The notes below the pieces were generated by a model. The model was not told the DNA's origin. It searched no databases and saw nothing but the letters and a program-made list of their open reading frames with translations. A stretch of 64,000 nt of DNA from Eledone cirrhosa (Eukaryota), in contig OZ024760.1 in the NCBI GenBank assembly GCA_964016885.1, positions 29,450,001 to 29,514,000 on the forward strand, given 5' to 3'. Each line of letters begins with the position of its first letter. The first letter of the stretch is position 1. The translations under genes were made by a program, and so were the position numbers. Below are positions 40,298 through 51,975 of this stretch, in pieces.

Positions 40298-41850
40298 TAC
40301 CAATACTATTATACCAATACTATTATACCAATACTATTACCACTATTATTACTAATACTATTACCAATACTATTATACCAATACTATTATACCATTACCA
40401 CTATTATTACCAATACTATTATACCGATACCATTATACCAATACTATTACCAACACTATTATACCATTACCACTATTATTACCAATACTATTATACCCAC
40501 TACTATTACCAATACTATTATACCCACTACTATTACCAATACTGTTACCACTATTATTACCAATATTATTATACCCACTATTATTACCAATACTATTATA
40601 CCAATACTATTATACCAATACTATTATACCAATGCTATTATACCAATACTATTACCAATACTATTATACCAATACTATTATACCCATAGTATTATACCCC
40701 ATACTATTACCAATACTATTATACCAATACTATTACCAATACTATTATACCCATACTATTAGACCAATACTATAATACCAATACTATTATACCAATACTA
40801 TTATACCTACTACTATTACCAATACTATTATACCAATACTATTACCACTATTATTACCAATACTATTATACCCATACTATTATACCCCATACTATTACCA
40901 ATACTATTATACCCATACTATTAGACCAATACTATTAGACCAATACTATAATACCAATACTATTATACCAATACTATTATACCTACTACTATTACCAATA
41001 CTATTATACCAATACTATTACCACTATTATTACCAATACTATTATACCCACTACTATTACCAATACTATTACCAATACTATTATACCAATACTATTACCA
41101 CTATTATTACCAATTCTATTATACCAAATCTATTACCACTATTATTACCAATACTATTATACCCACTACTATTACCAATACTATTATACCAATACTATTA
41201 CCACTATTATTAACAATACTATTATACCAATACTATTACCAATACTATTACCACTATTATACCAATACTATTATACCCACTACTATTACCAATACTATTA
41301 TACCAATACTATTATACCAATACTATTATACCAATACTATTATACCCACTACTATTACCAATACTATTATACCCACTACTATTAACAATACTATTATACC
41401 AATACTATTATACCAATACTATTATACCAATACTATTACCATTATTATTACCAATACTATTATAGCCACTACTATTACCAATACTATTATACCCACTACT
41501 ATTAACAATACTATTATACCAATACTATTATACCAATACTATTATACCAATACTATTATACCCACAACTATTACCAATACTATTACCATTATTATTACCA
41601 ATACTATTATAGCCACTACTATTACCAATACTATTATAGCCACTACTATTACCAATACTATTATAGCCACTACTATTACCAATACTATTATAGCCACTAC
41701 TATTACCAATACTATTATACCAATACTATTACCATTATTATTACCAATACTATTATAGCCACTACTATTACCAATACTATTATACCAATACTATTACCAT
41801 TATTATTACCAATACTATTATAGCCACTACTATTACCAATACTATTATAA
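40298..41850. repeat. 12/14-bp satellite ACCAATACTATT(AT)
   Basis: Direct inspection. Confidence 0.93.
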
Positions 41851-41969
41851 CAACACTGTACTATTGAATATAAATCTTGAAGCTTTCAACTAATTCCTTC
41901 TTCTGCCACCGAGTCTCTTTGATCTCTGAATGTCTGTAGTTGATCTGGTGTGTTTCAACACACGGCTGA

Positions 41970-42098
41970 CACATACATATAGACAGAGGCACACACACAT
42001 AGACACAGACACACACATAGACAGAGGCACACACATAGACACACACACACACAGACAGAGGCACACACACACAGACACAGACAAACACATAGACAGAG

Positions 42099-42151
<53 letters not shown>

Positions 42152-42412
42152 CATAGACAGAGGCACACACACACATAGACACAGGCATACGCACATATAG
42201 ACACACACAGATACACAGACACAGACAAACACACAGACACAGACAAACACATAGACAGAGGCACATACACACATAGACACAGGCACACGCACATATAGAC
42301 ACACACATATACACAGACACAGACAAACACATAGACAGAGGCACACACACAGAGAGAAGCACACACATAGACACAGGCACACGCACATATAGACACACAC
42401 ACACACACACAC
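41970..42412. repeat. Cryptic (CA)/(GACA) repeat
   Basis: Direct inspection. Confidence 0.85.
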
Positions 42413-42680
42413 ATATATAAATATATATATGTATATATATATTTGTACTTATATATTCATCTTCAGAATTCATTTTTCAATGGATGTTTTTAATGGGTGT
42501 AATTCAGATTGCTGTAGACTACCAGCCTTGTTATAGATATATTTTAACTGATATATATATATATGTGTGTGTGTGTATGTGTGTATATAAGTATATGTGT
42601 GTGTATATATATACATATATATATATATAATTATATATGTGTGTGTATATATATATATATGTGTGTCTGTGTGTATATGC

Positions 42681-42724
<44 letters not shown>

Positions 42725-43029
42725 GTGTTGCATGTCAACCTTAGGATCTCTTCATGTCTTGGGTTGCATGTCATTGTAATTGCTGTTGGATTCCATTTCT
42801 TTTCTTTCTAGTGTCAATTCTTTAGGGGACATGCCCTGCCTTGTCTGCATGTTAACAAATTGATATCTATTGATTTCAGCATGGATACGTACACATACAT
42901 GTGTATATATATGTGTTTATATGTATATATATATGTGTGTGTGTATATATATATATATGTGTGTATATATGTGTAAATATATACATATATATTGATTTCA
43001 GCATGGATACATACACATACATATATATA

Positions 43030-43096
<67 letters not shown>

Positions 43097-43278
43097 ATAT
43101 ATATGTATATTTATGCATATATATGAGTATATATATGTATATATATACGCATATATATATATATGTATATATGAATGTATGTATATTGCATGGACATCTG
43201 TTGTTCACCGTTTTATTTTCAGTTTCAATATTCTACTAATTACTCCGAGAATCATTGTTTGACTTCAAAAACCTCCTA

Positions 43279-43311
<33 letters not shown>

Positions 43312-43314
43312 TAT

Positions 43315-43703
43315 ATAAACGTTTGTATATGTATAATAAAGCCAAAACAATGCAGGTATGGACATTGAATAAAGAATGCAAATGCAAAAGATATTGTTGA
43401 CAATTAGTCTTTTACCTTAGATTTATTTAAATGTCCTTAATTTTCGAGATAATATCTCTTCTTCGGAGGGAAGTAAAGCGGTTAAACCAGTGTTCTAAAT
43501 AGCTTGCCAAATCAAGAAGAGATATTATCTCGAAAATTAAGGACATTTAAATAAATCTAAGGTAAAAGACTTATTGTCAACAATATCTTTTGCATTTGCA
43601 TTCTTTATTGAATGTCCATACCTGCATTGTTTTGGCTTTATTATACATATACAAACGTTTATACCTCATTACGTAATGCTTCAAGTGAACTATAACTTCC
43701 TCC
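43315..43703 (+). mobile_element. Fold-back PLE-like remnant
   Basis: ~150-bp near-perfect arms 43315-43463/43514-43663. Right arm starts AAGAA-GAGAU(AUU)AUCUC-GAAA-AUUA. Short tail, (TA)n flanks. Confidence 0.65.
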
Positions 43704-44604
43704 TATATATATATATATACACATATTTATATATATATATAGTAATTGCCTCATTAATATATAACTCTAATAACTGCCTCATTAATTCTGTATTAATTAA
43801 TAATCACTGAAATTTCAATTTATTTAACATTTTCTTTAGATTATTCCTACTAAAAGTGACGGCCTTTGTTTTACTGTTAAATAATTTACTTTAATATTTA
43901 AAGTATTCCTAATACTTTTATTGTAAAAGATGCTAGTGTCTTTTGTGGTTATGGAAACAGAAATGGTAGGGAAAGACCAGGGTTCTAGGGTCACAGAAGA
44001 AGAGGGAAGGGGGAGGGTAATGAGCTCTAGACCTAAGGCACATTGGTTTGGGGGCTGTGTGACACCCTCAGCAACAGCCACCCCACCTAGCGGGACTCCT
44101 TCCTGAGGCAGGCTGCCAATGTTCCGATCTTGCAGAAGAGCTCGGCAGTACAGAGTCCAAGTACACCTGAGGTCTCGATGCCGACTGGTTCCAAGAGGAA
44201 GCAGCCGGACAAACCCCGTTATTTGTTTATCTTCAAAGTATTATAACTAACTGGTATTAAGTGTGGTGTATTGGCAGTATCTACAGAGTTACGGCCCTTT
44301 ATGTTCCAAGGTTAACTTTGCCTTTCATCCTAACGGGGTCAATAAAATAAAGTACCAGTAATGCACTGGGGTAATTGCTGGCCTTGTGCTAAAAGTGCCG
44401 AGGTTAACTTTGCCTTTCATCCTTACGGAGTCAATAAAATAAAGTACCAGTAATGCACTGGGTCGATTCAATCGACTTTCTCCTCTCCCAAATTTGCTGT
44501 CCTTGTGTCTAAATCAGAAATCCTTATTAAACTTGTGTTGAATGCTTTAGAATGTGTTTTTGTTTTTGTGTCGTTTTCATTTTGGTTTCACCCTTGTATT
44601 GCAG

Positions 44605-44774
44605 TTACCAGTGAAGATATTTCCCATGTACGTATCGTAGAAGTGGCTCATGACAGCAATGGCTCATTAGGTTTGAGCATTGCAGGCGGCGTTGGCAGTA
44701 CTTTAGGTGACACACCAGTTGTCATAACTAACCTTTATGCTAATGGCCCCGCAGCACTTACTGATAAGTTGAAG
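44605..44774 (+). CDS. MPDZ: MPDZ-like exon, PDZ12-equivalent
   Basis: ttgcag|TT...AAG|gtaagc; VRIVEVAHDSNGSLGLSIAGGVGSTLGDTPVVITNLYANGPAALTDKLK. Confidence 0.92.
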
Positions 44775-44856
44775 GTAAGCATCTTGAAAAGGTTTCATAT
44801 TAAACTGATTCATTTGCCTATTTCTAAGGAAATACTTTGTGTAAATATATATATAT

Positions 44857-47800
44857 ATCATCATCATCATCGTTTAACGTCCATCTTCCACGCTAGCATA
44901 GGTCTGGATGGGAATTGTCCCACTTGAGGCAAGATTGGTTGTCTTGCTCATGACTGTCTGGCAGGTTTTCTTCGGCTGGATGCCCTTCCTAACACCAACC
45001 ATGTTTACAGTGTGGACTGGGAGGTTTTTACCATGTTACCTACACGGCCACATTACAGCGTAGACTGTGTGTTTTTTTGTCGTGAAACCTACACGACCTC
45101 ATTTATTTAGGACTGGATATTGTGGTACCAACATAGCTTTACATCGAAAGAGGGGGTGTAGATGGCAGTGGGGGTAGGGTTAGTGGGACGGGGGTCTATT
45201 TTGGACTGTAGGTTTCACTTTGTACTTAGGCAAATCAGGGCTTCTGTATTACTGCGTAGCGCCAAAGGTCTCGGTCCAGTGACATTGTCTTGGAGAGGTG
45301 TAAGTGTGTGAGGTCGGATTTTATCAAGTCGTCCCAGATTTTTCTGGGTCTGCCTACTCCGTAGCTACCGTCTATTTTGATCGCCCTGCACTTTTTTATA
45401 CAGCTGTCATCTTTCATGCGCATCACGTAACCATACCAACGTAGTCTTCTCTCGAGTAAACAGTATCTGATCCCTCTTATTCCTAATTTCTCACTTAGTT
45501 CATTTATGCTTTGCCGTTCACGTATATTACTATTACTCATCCAACGGTGCATGCAAGCTTCGTTCCTCTCCAGTCTGCGTAGATCCTCTGCACACAATGC
45601 CATGTCTCACTGCCATGTAACATCGCTGTTTGTATGCAGGGATCATACAGCCTGCCTTTTATTTTTAGAGAGAAACCTTTAGTGGCCAATAGTGGTATAA
45701 GCTCTCTGAACTTTTTCCATCCTGTTCAGACTCTAGCTACAGTACTTTCGGAGCACCCTCCACCACTGCTGATTTTGTCACCCAGGTAACGGAAGGTGTC
45801 CACTATTTCTATAGAACCATCTGGGCAATGGAATGAGCTAGTATTCTGTGGGCATTTGCTGCTACTTATTGCACCAGAGCACCGGCCACATATAAAATCT
45901 ATATTCTTAGTTAGCTTACCTGTGATCCCACTACATCTTTTATGCACCCATACTTTGCAGTTGGGACATAAAATAGAGTTTCTTCCTACTCCTTTCCTAC
46001 ACACTGAGCATGGCCATTTCCCAGATGGGACCAGTGCCCTATTCTCCTTCCTACATATTAGGACTTTAGTCTTAGACAAGTAAACTTTAAGGTCTTTTGA
46101 TTCAAGGCCATGCTTCCATGTTTGGAATTTCTTCTCTAGCTCAGCCATTGATTTGGCTATGAGCGTTAGACCATCTGCATATAGAAGTTCCCATGGGCAG
46201 CCGTTCTTGAACTCCTCCGTTATAGCTTGGAGGGCGATAATAAATACGAGGGGGCTAAGGACGGAGCTCTGATGAACACCAACTTTTATGCTAAACTCTT
46301 CACTATATTTGTTGTTAATTTTAACCTTGCTGACTGTTTCTTTATACATGGCTTGTATAGCTCTCACAAGCCATTCATCTACACCTAGTTTTCTAAGAGC
46401 CCACCAGATAATGGAGCAGGAGACTCTGCCAAACGCTTTCTCCAGGTCTACAAAAGCTAAGTAGTGAGTTTACTTTTAGCTAGGTACTTCTCCTGTAGTT
46501 GTCGTACAATGAAAAGAGCGTCTGTGGTACTTTTACCTGGCACAAACCCGAACTGTATTTCATCTAGATCAATTCGCTCTCTGATCAGTTGCGCTATTAC
46601 TTTTTCTGTGACCTTCATGACCTGGTCAATTAATTTAATGTCTCTATAGTTTCCCCTATCTAGGGCGTCTCCTTTACCCTTGTAGCAGTTAATGATGATG
46701 CTGCTACGCCAGTCCTTTGGTACGATCCCATTCTGTAGAACTTGGTTTACTATCCGGGTGACCATAGTGTGTCCCACTGTTCCAGATGCTTTCAGCATTT
46801 CAGCAACTATTTCCGAAGGCCCAGCCGCCTTGCCCGTCTTCATATCTTTGATTGCCTTACTTATTATACTACCTTCAACTTGCACTGCTGGTCCCTCTAT
46901 TGGATCGATGTGGAGGAGGCTTTCCTTCTCCCACTTATTCTCCTCATTTAGTAGCCTTTCGTAGTGACACTTCCAAGCTACATTCTTATCAGCGTCAGTG
47001 ATGGCAAGTACACCATCATCATTACGGACATACTTCTCCCCGACAATATCACAGTTCTCCTTGACACATTGTCTAGCAATCCTGAACACCTCACGTTTTT
47101 GGTCCTTGCGTTGTAGAACATGCTTGAACTTTCTTCCCTCTGCTTCTCTTCTTGCGAAGTGCACTTGTCTCCTAGCTTCCCTCCTGGCCACTTGATAGTT
47201 TTCTCTACTTCCCCCATCCTGCCATACTTTCCAAGCCTGCTTTTTGGCCTTGATCGACTCCTCCACCTTACTGTTCCACCACCAAGTTACTCTCCTCCTG
47301 CCTAAAGGTCTGCTCCAGTCACAGATTTCATCTGTCGCCTTCAGCAGGTTAGCTTTCAGGAATTCCCACTGTTCCTCTATCTATATTGTACGACTCTAAT
47401 TGCTCTTCCTTACTGTCAAAAGCAACAAGTAATATGCTTTTAAATTTATTACTGGCTGTGGGGTCCTTTAACTTCCATATTTTTCTCCTAAGGATAGTCG
47501 TCCTCTGTTGTTGAATACGTCTCATCCTGACTATGAGGTCACTAACTATAAGACTATGTTGGGAGGTGCATTCTTCATGGGGGAGGGATTTAGTGTTTAC
47601 AACAGACACTCTGTCTCGTCTTCTGGTAAGGATATAATCTATCTGACTGGCGTGTTCCCCTGATCTATAGGTGATCAAGTGATTGTCTCGTATTTTGAAG
47701 TTAGTGTTACAGATAGTTAGATTATTTGGGTCACAGAATTCCAGGTTTCTGGAGCCTTCCTCATTTCTAGTACCAAACCCATAGCCCCCATGGATTCCGT

Positions 47801-48080
47801 CACAGCTGTCACAGTGTTGTCCAACGTGACCATTTAGGTCGCCAGCAATAATTATATAGTCACTGTCGGTTATTTGGGAGGTAATGAGCATTAACGACTC
47901 ATAGAATCTGTCTTTTATAATGCCAGGCAGTCCGGGTTGGGGTGCATATGCAGATATTATTGTCACAGTAGTTCTATTGAGGACAGGTCTTATTTTAATT
48001 ATTCTGTCGTTCACTCTATTTACGTCTATTATCTTATCTACCCATTTTTCTGCTAGCATGATTCCTACTCCACCCACCCC
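44857..48080 (-). mobile_element. RTE-clade non-LTR retrotransposon, 5'-truncated and disrupted (APE + RT + PHD)
   Basis: APE motifs (SAYAPQ, GDLNGHVG, SQIDYIL), RT motifs (QFGFVPGKSTTDA, GVHQSSVLSP, YADG), C-terminal RRLRWYG/GRPRKIW. Frameshifts, (GAT)n tail, (TA)n both ends. Confidence 0.92.
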
Positions 48081-48488
48081 ATATATATATATATATATAT
48101 ATACATACAATATATACATTTATATGTATATTGCTATGTTGGAACACCAATACCAATGTTTTTAATTTAAGCCTGGCCTGCTACCATTCCGTATGCAAAT
48201 GAGTTTCATCAGCTCATAAGCACAGGCTTAAATCTATAAGAATCAGCCTCAACAAAGACAAGGAGATAGGTAGTGTCAATAAATGCTAATAAGTGAGAAA
48301 CGGTTGTATTGTCAATTACTTCTCCTGTTTTTGCTGAGGTTGGGTGTGTGACAATGGTCACAACCTTAAAAATTCATAGCGAAAGGTCTTCAAATATTTT
48401 TCAAAAACATCCCGTATATTATTTAATATACAATACGTATATCACTATGCAGGAGCACCAGAAATTTGATATAAATTTGTGTCTTTAG

Positions 48489-48603
48489 ATAGGTGACCAG
48501 ATTTTGGCTGTCAATGAGATGTCAACAAAGGGTTTGACCCACACCGAAGTGGTTATTATGCTGAAAGATACCTCTGCTCCCGTCATTCTCACTGTTACCC
48601 ACG
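48489..48603 (+). CDS. MPDZ: MPDZ-like exon
   Basis: tttag|ATA...G|gtaaat; IGDQILAVNEMSTKGLTHTEVVIMLKDTSAPVILTVTH. Confidence 0.9.
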
Positions 48604-48914
48604 GTAAATTTACAAATTTTCTTTCCAAACTTTTTACACCTACTAATGAATTTTTTATCAGATAAGGCAAATAATTATGTAATATTTTTTATATTATTCA
48701 TCGTTTATCAATGATATATTAACCCTTTAGCATTTAAACTGGCCGTATCTGGCCAGAATTCTCTCATCTCTTTCTGTTCAAACCAGCCATAACTGGCTGC
48801 TCATACTGATTTTAAGGCATTTTTCTCAAAATAAATAATATCAAAACCTCATAGATTTGATATTCTGTGAGATAATTATTTACCATAAAAATACAATAAT
48901 ACTCCTTAATATAT

Positions 48915-49215
48915 ATATCACAGAAAAAAATGAATCAGTGTTGCGACGAAAGGAATTTATTGAACATAAAAAGGAAAATCTGCTTCGTTGAATCGAGACA
49001 TATCCGAGGACCACGCGATTTCAGAGTCAGGTTTCATCATCACATCGATCGTGCCTCGAGCTGGTTGCCCGAGAAACAATTGTAATATGTCCAATAAATT
49101 CCTTTCGTCGCAACACTCATTCTCTTTTTTCTGTGATATCATACTCTGCTCTATGAGGGCATTGAGTGCTCATACGGCCTACCATATACGGACGCTTTAA
49201 GCATCCAACACCATT
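48915..49215 (+). mobile_element. Fold-back PLE-like remnant with variant hammerhead
   Basis: Arms ~48915-48968/49087-49139, tail CATACTC...GAGTGCTC (also at 15643-15725). Arm fragment also at 4519-4590. Confidence 0.65.
48997..49091 (+). ncRNA. Hammerhead ribozyme variant (CCGAGGA core)
   Basis: Perfect stem I GACAUAU/AUAUGUC, core CCGAGGA, long stem II region, GAAA, palindromic ACAAUUGU, GUA triplet. Confidence 0.6.
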
Positions 49216-49737
49216 TATATATATATATATATATTCATTTATTGATGCTAAATAGTGTGTCTTCTTACTCTGGAGTGTTGCCTGTTTATCACAGGGTCAT
49301 CATACAATGTATGTATGTAGAAAGTAAACAAATAACAAAGCAAATGACACAGTACAAAGAAGAAATATATTAGTTTAACGTTTAAAATAATAGGAAAAGT
49401 GTCTTAATGTTTCGGACACTACTCCTTCATCAGAAGATATATATAATAGGAAATAGGGCCACACTATACAAAAGACATTTCAAACATAGAAGCAATGTAT
49501 TTACTATATATCATTTTAACACAATATAAGCAGCAAAAGAAAATAATAACAATAATATATTTTTCCTTAAAATAAAACAAAAAAAAAGCTGGTGACAGGA
49601 TTAAGCAAGGTAAGAGGTTTGCTAGATTTCCTTTGGTTCTGCACACTAGGAACATTAGGCCCTACCTGTAGTAGAACTTCACTATGGGTGGCTGTGTGTG
49701 TGTATATATATATATACATATTTATATATATATATAC

Positions 49738-49779
<42 letters not shown>

Positions 49780-49781
<2 letters not shown>

Positions 49782-50036
49782 CGTTTAAATAGCTTGACAA
49801 ATGAAAATTGCGGTAGGCAAAACCCAACCATACAATACCAAAACAACGAAAGAACTGATTAGTTCTTTCATTGTTCTGGTATTGTGTGGTTGGGTTTTGC
49901 CTTCTGCAATTTTAAATTTGCCAAGCTATATAAACGTATGTTATTACTCTAAGGACCTTAGAATGCTACTCATTCCTTATTGTAGGTCGACTTTGCTTGG
50001 CCACAGCCAAAGCTTCGATTTTACTAAGCTTCCACT

Positions 50037-50038
<2 letters not shown>
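49780..50038 (+). mobile_element. Fold-back element plus tail in (TA)n
   Basis: Imperfect hairpin 49780-49938 followed by a unique tail; no ribozyme core seen. Confidence 0.5.
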
Positions 50039-50076
<38 letters not shown>

Positions 50077-50199
50077 AAAGATTTATTTAAAATTGTTGGG
50101 TTACAACGAGTAAATATTTTATAACTGATATAAAAGCACTCAACAGATTTTGGAGTAGGTTTACGATATTAAACAAATGGAAACTATATTTATAAAACC

Positions 50200-50276
50200 A
50201 TATTTATTTCATTATATATATTTCAGGGATATCATATTAAAAATATGGTATGCTTTCCTCAGACAAAATACAATAT
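50200..50276 (-). ncRNA. Type-I hammerhead ribozyme (same family as 21470)
   Basis: Reverse complement reads ...UUUUGU CUGAGGA...CCCU GAAA UAUAUAU A AUGAAAUAAAUAU. Confidence 0.65.
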
Positions 50277-50386
50277 ATAAACCGTTTTATAAATAAATTT
50301 GACATACCTTAAACAGTGCAAATCAACTTTTTAAATGGAAGTTGCACTGTTTAAGGTATGTCAAATTTATTTATAAAACGGTTTAT

Positions 50387-50463
50387 ATATTGTATTTTGT
50401 CTGAGGAAGGCATACCATATTTTTAATATGATATCCCTGAAATATATATAATGAAATAAATAT
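50387..50463 (+). ncRNA. Type-I hammerhead ribozyme (inverted copy of 50200-50276)
   Basis: CUGAGGA 50401-50407, GAAA 50439-50442, AUAUAUAU stem III, stem I as at 21470. Confidence 0.7.
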
Positions 50464-50498
50464 GGTTTTATAAATATAGTTTCCATTTGTTTAATATC

Positions 50499-50545
<47 letters not shown>

Positions 50546-50699
50546 CACACACATATCTTTTTTATGGACGTATTAATAAATGTTATTTAATAGATTCTGA
50601 AGATATTAGTATAGCAGGAATGGATATTATCGTTATGATAATCTACATGTTCATCAGTCAGTAAAATGTTTTAATTTAAATCTTCGTTAATTTTTATTC

Positions 50700-50769
<70 letters not shown>

Positions 50770-50913
50770 CTAACAGAGGTTTGTAGCTTGCTTGAAGCAT
50801 TCTTGAATAAGAAACACAAATTTAAATTTTGAAAACCAATATATATATATATATATATATATATAATTGGAAAAATAATGATAAAGAATTTTTCAGATGC
50901 ATGCAATGTTATT

Positions 50914-50981
<68 letters not shown>

Positions 50982-51268
50982 CAAGCAAATCTACAGTCCA
51001 TAATGAAAAGAAACCAGTTCATATAAAATAGATAAAGGGTGTTTACATACAGAAATATGGTTATCAAATTTATTTTGTACTAACCAGTTTTACTTATGGT
51101 TAGACTTTCAAGGTAAACACTATGTACTGCTTATATCTAGATATCAATCAAAAAGCCACACTGCTTACATCTAGCTATTGATCAATCAATAGACCACACT
51201 GCATGGTTTCTTATCACTCTCTGTCACCATCAAGTTCTATTGTTCATCATATTCAACATCCTACTTTA

Positions 51269-51975
51269 TATAGGTCTTTGGTTGTTTGTCCTCTGTTAGC
51301 TCTTCCTTGTGTAGCTCTCAACAGAAGATAGATTACTGTTTATGTCATCACAAATCTACTTGATATAGGTCTTGGGTTGTTTGTCCTCTGTTAGCTCTTC
51401 CTTGTGTAGCTCTCAACAGAAGATAGATTGCTGTTTATGTCATCACAAATCTACTTGATATAGGTCTTGGGTTGTTTGTCCTCTGTTAGCTCTTCCTTGT
51501 GTAGCTCTCAACAGAAGATAGATTGCTGTTTATGTCATCACAAATCTACTTGATATAGGTCTTTGGTTGTTTGTCCTCTGTTAGCTCTTCCTTGTGTAGC
51601 TCTCAACAGAAGATAGATTGCTGTTTATGTCATCACAAATCTACTTGATATAGGTCTTGGGTTGTTTGTCCTCTGTTAGCTCTTCCTTGTGTAGCTCTCA
51701 ACAGAAGATAGATTGCTGTTTATGTCATGACAAATCTACTTGATATAGGTCTTGGGTTGTTTGTCCTCTGTTAGCTCTTCCTTGTGTAGCTCTCAACAGA
51801 AGATAGATTGCTGTTTATGTCATGACAAATCTACTTGATATAGGTCTTGGGTTGTTTGTCCTCTGTTAGCTCTTCCTTGTGTAGCTCTCAACAGAAGATA
51901 GATTACTGTTTATGTCATCACAAATCTACTTGATATAGGTCTTGGCTTGTTGTCCTCTGTTAGCTCTTTCTTATG
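51269..51975. repeat. 95-bp tandem repeat, ~7.5 copies
   Basis: TGATATAGGT at 51361, 51456, 51551, ... Confidence 0.95.

Larger units (their letters stand above)
50075..50501 (-). mobile_element. Fold-back PLE-like element with HHR on both strands
   Basis: ~160-bp near-perfect arms 50163-50321/50342-50501, tail at left, (TA)n flanks. Confidence 0.72.

Noticed and set aside
44857-48080. Active or domesticated RT gene
   Set aside because: 5'-truncated in the endonuclease, multiple frameshifts, catalytic YADD mutated to YADG.
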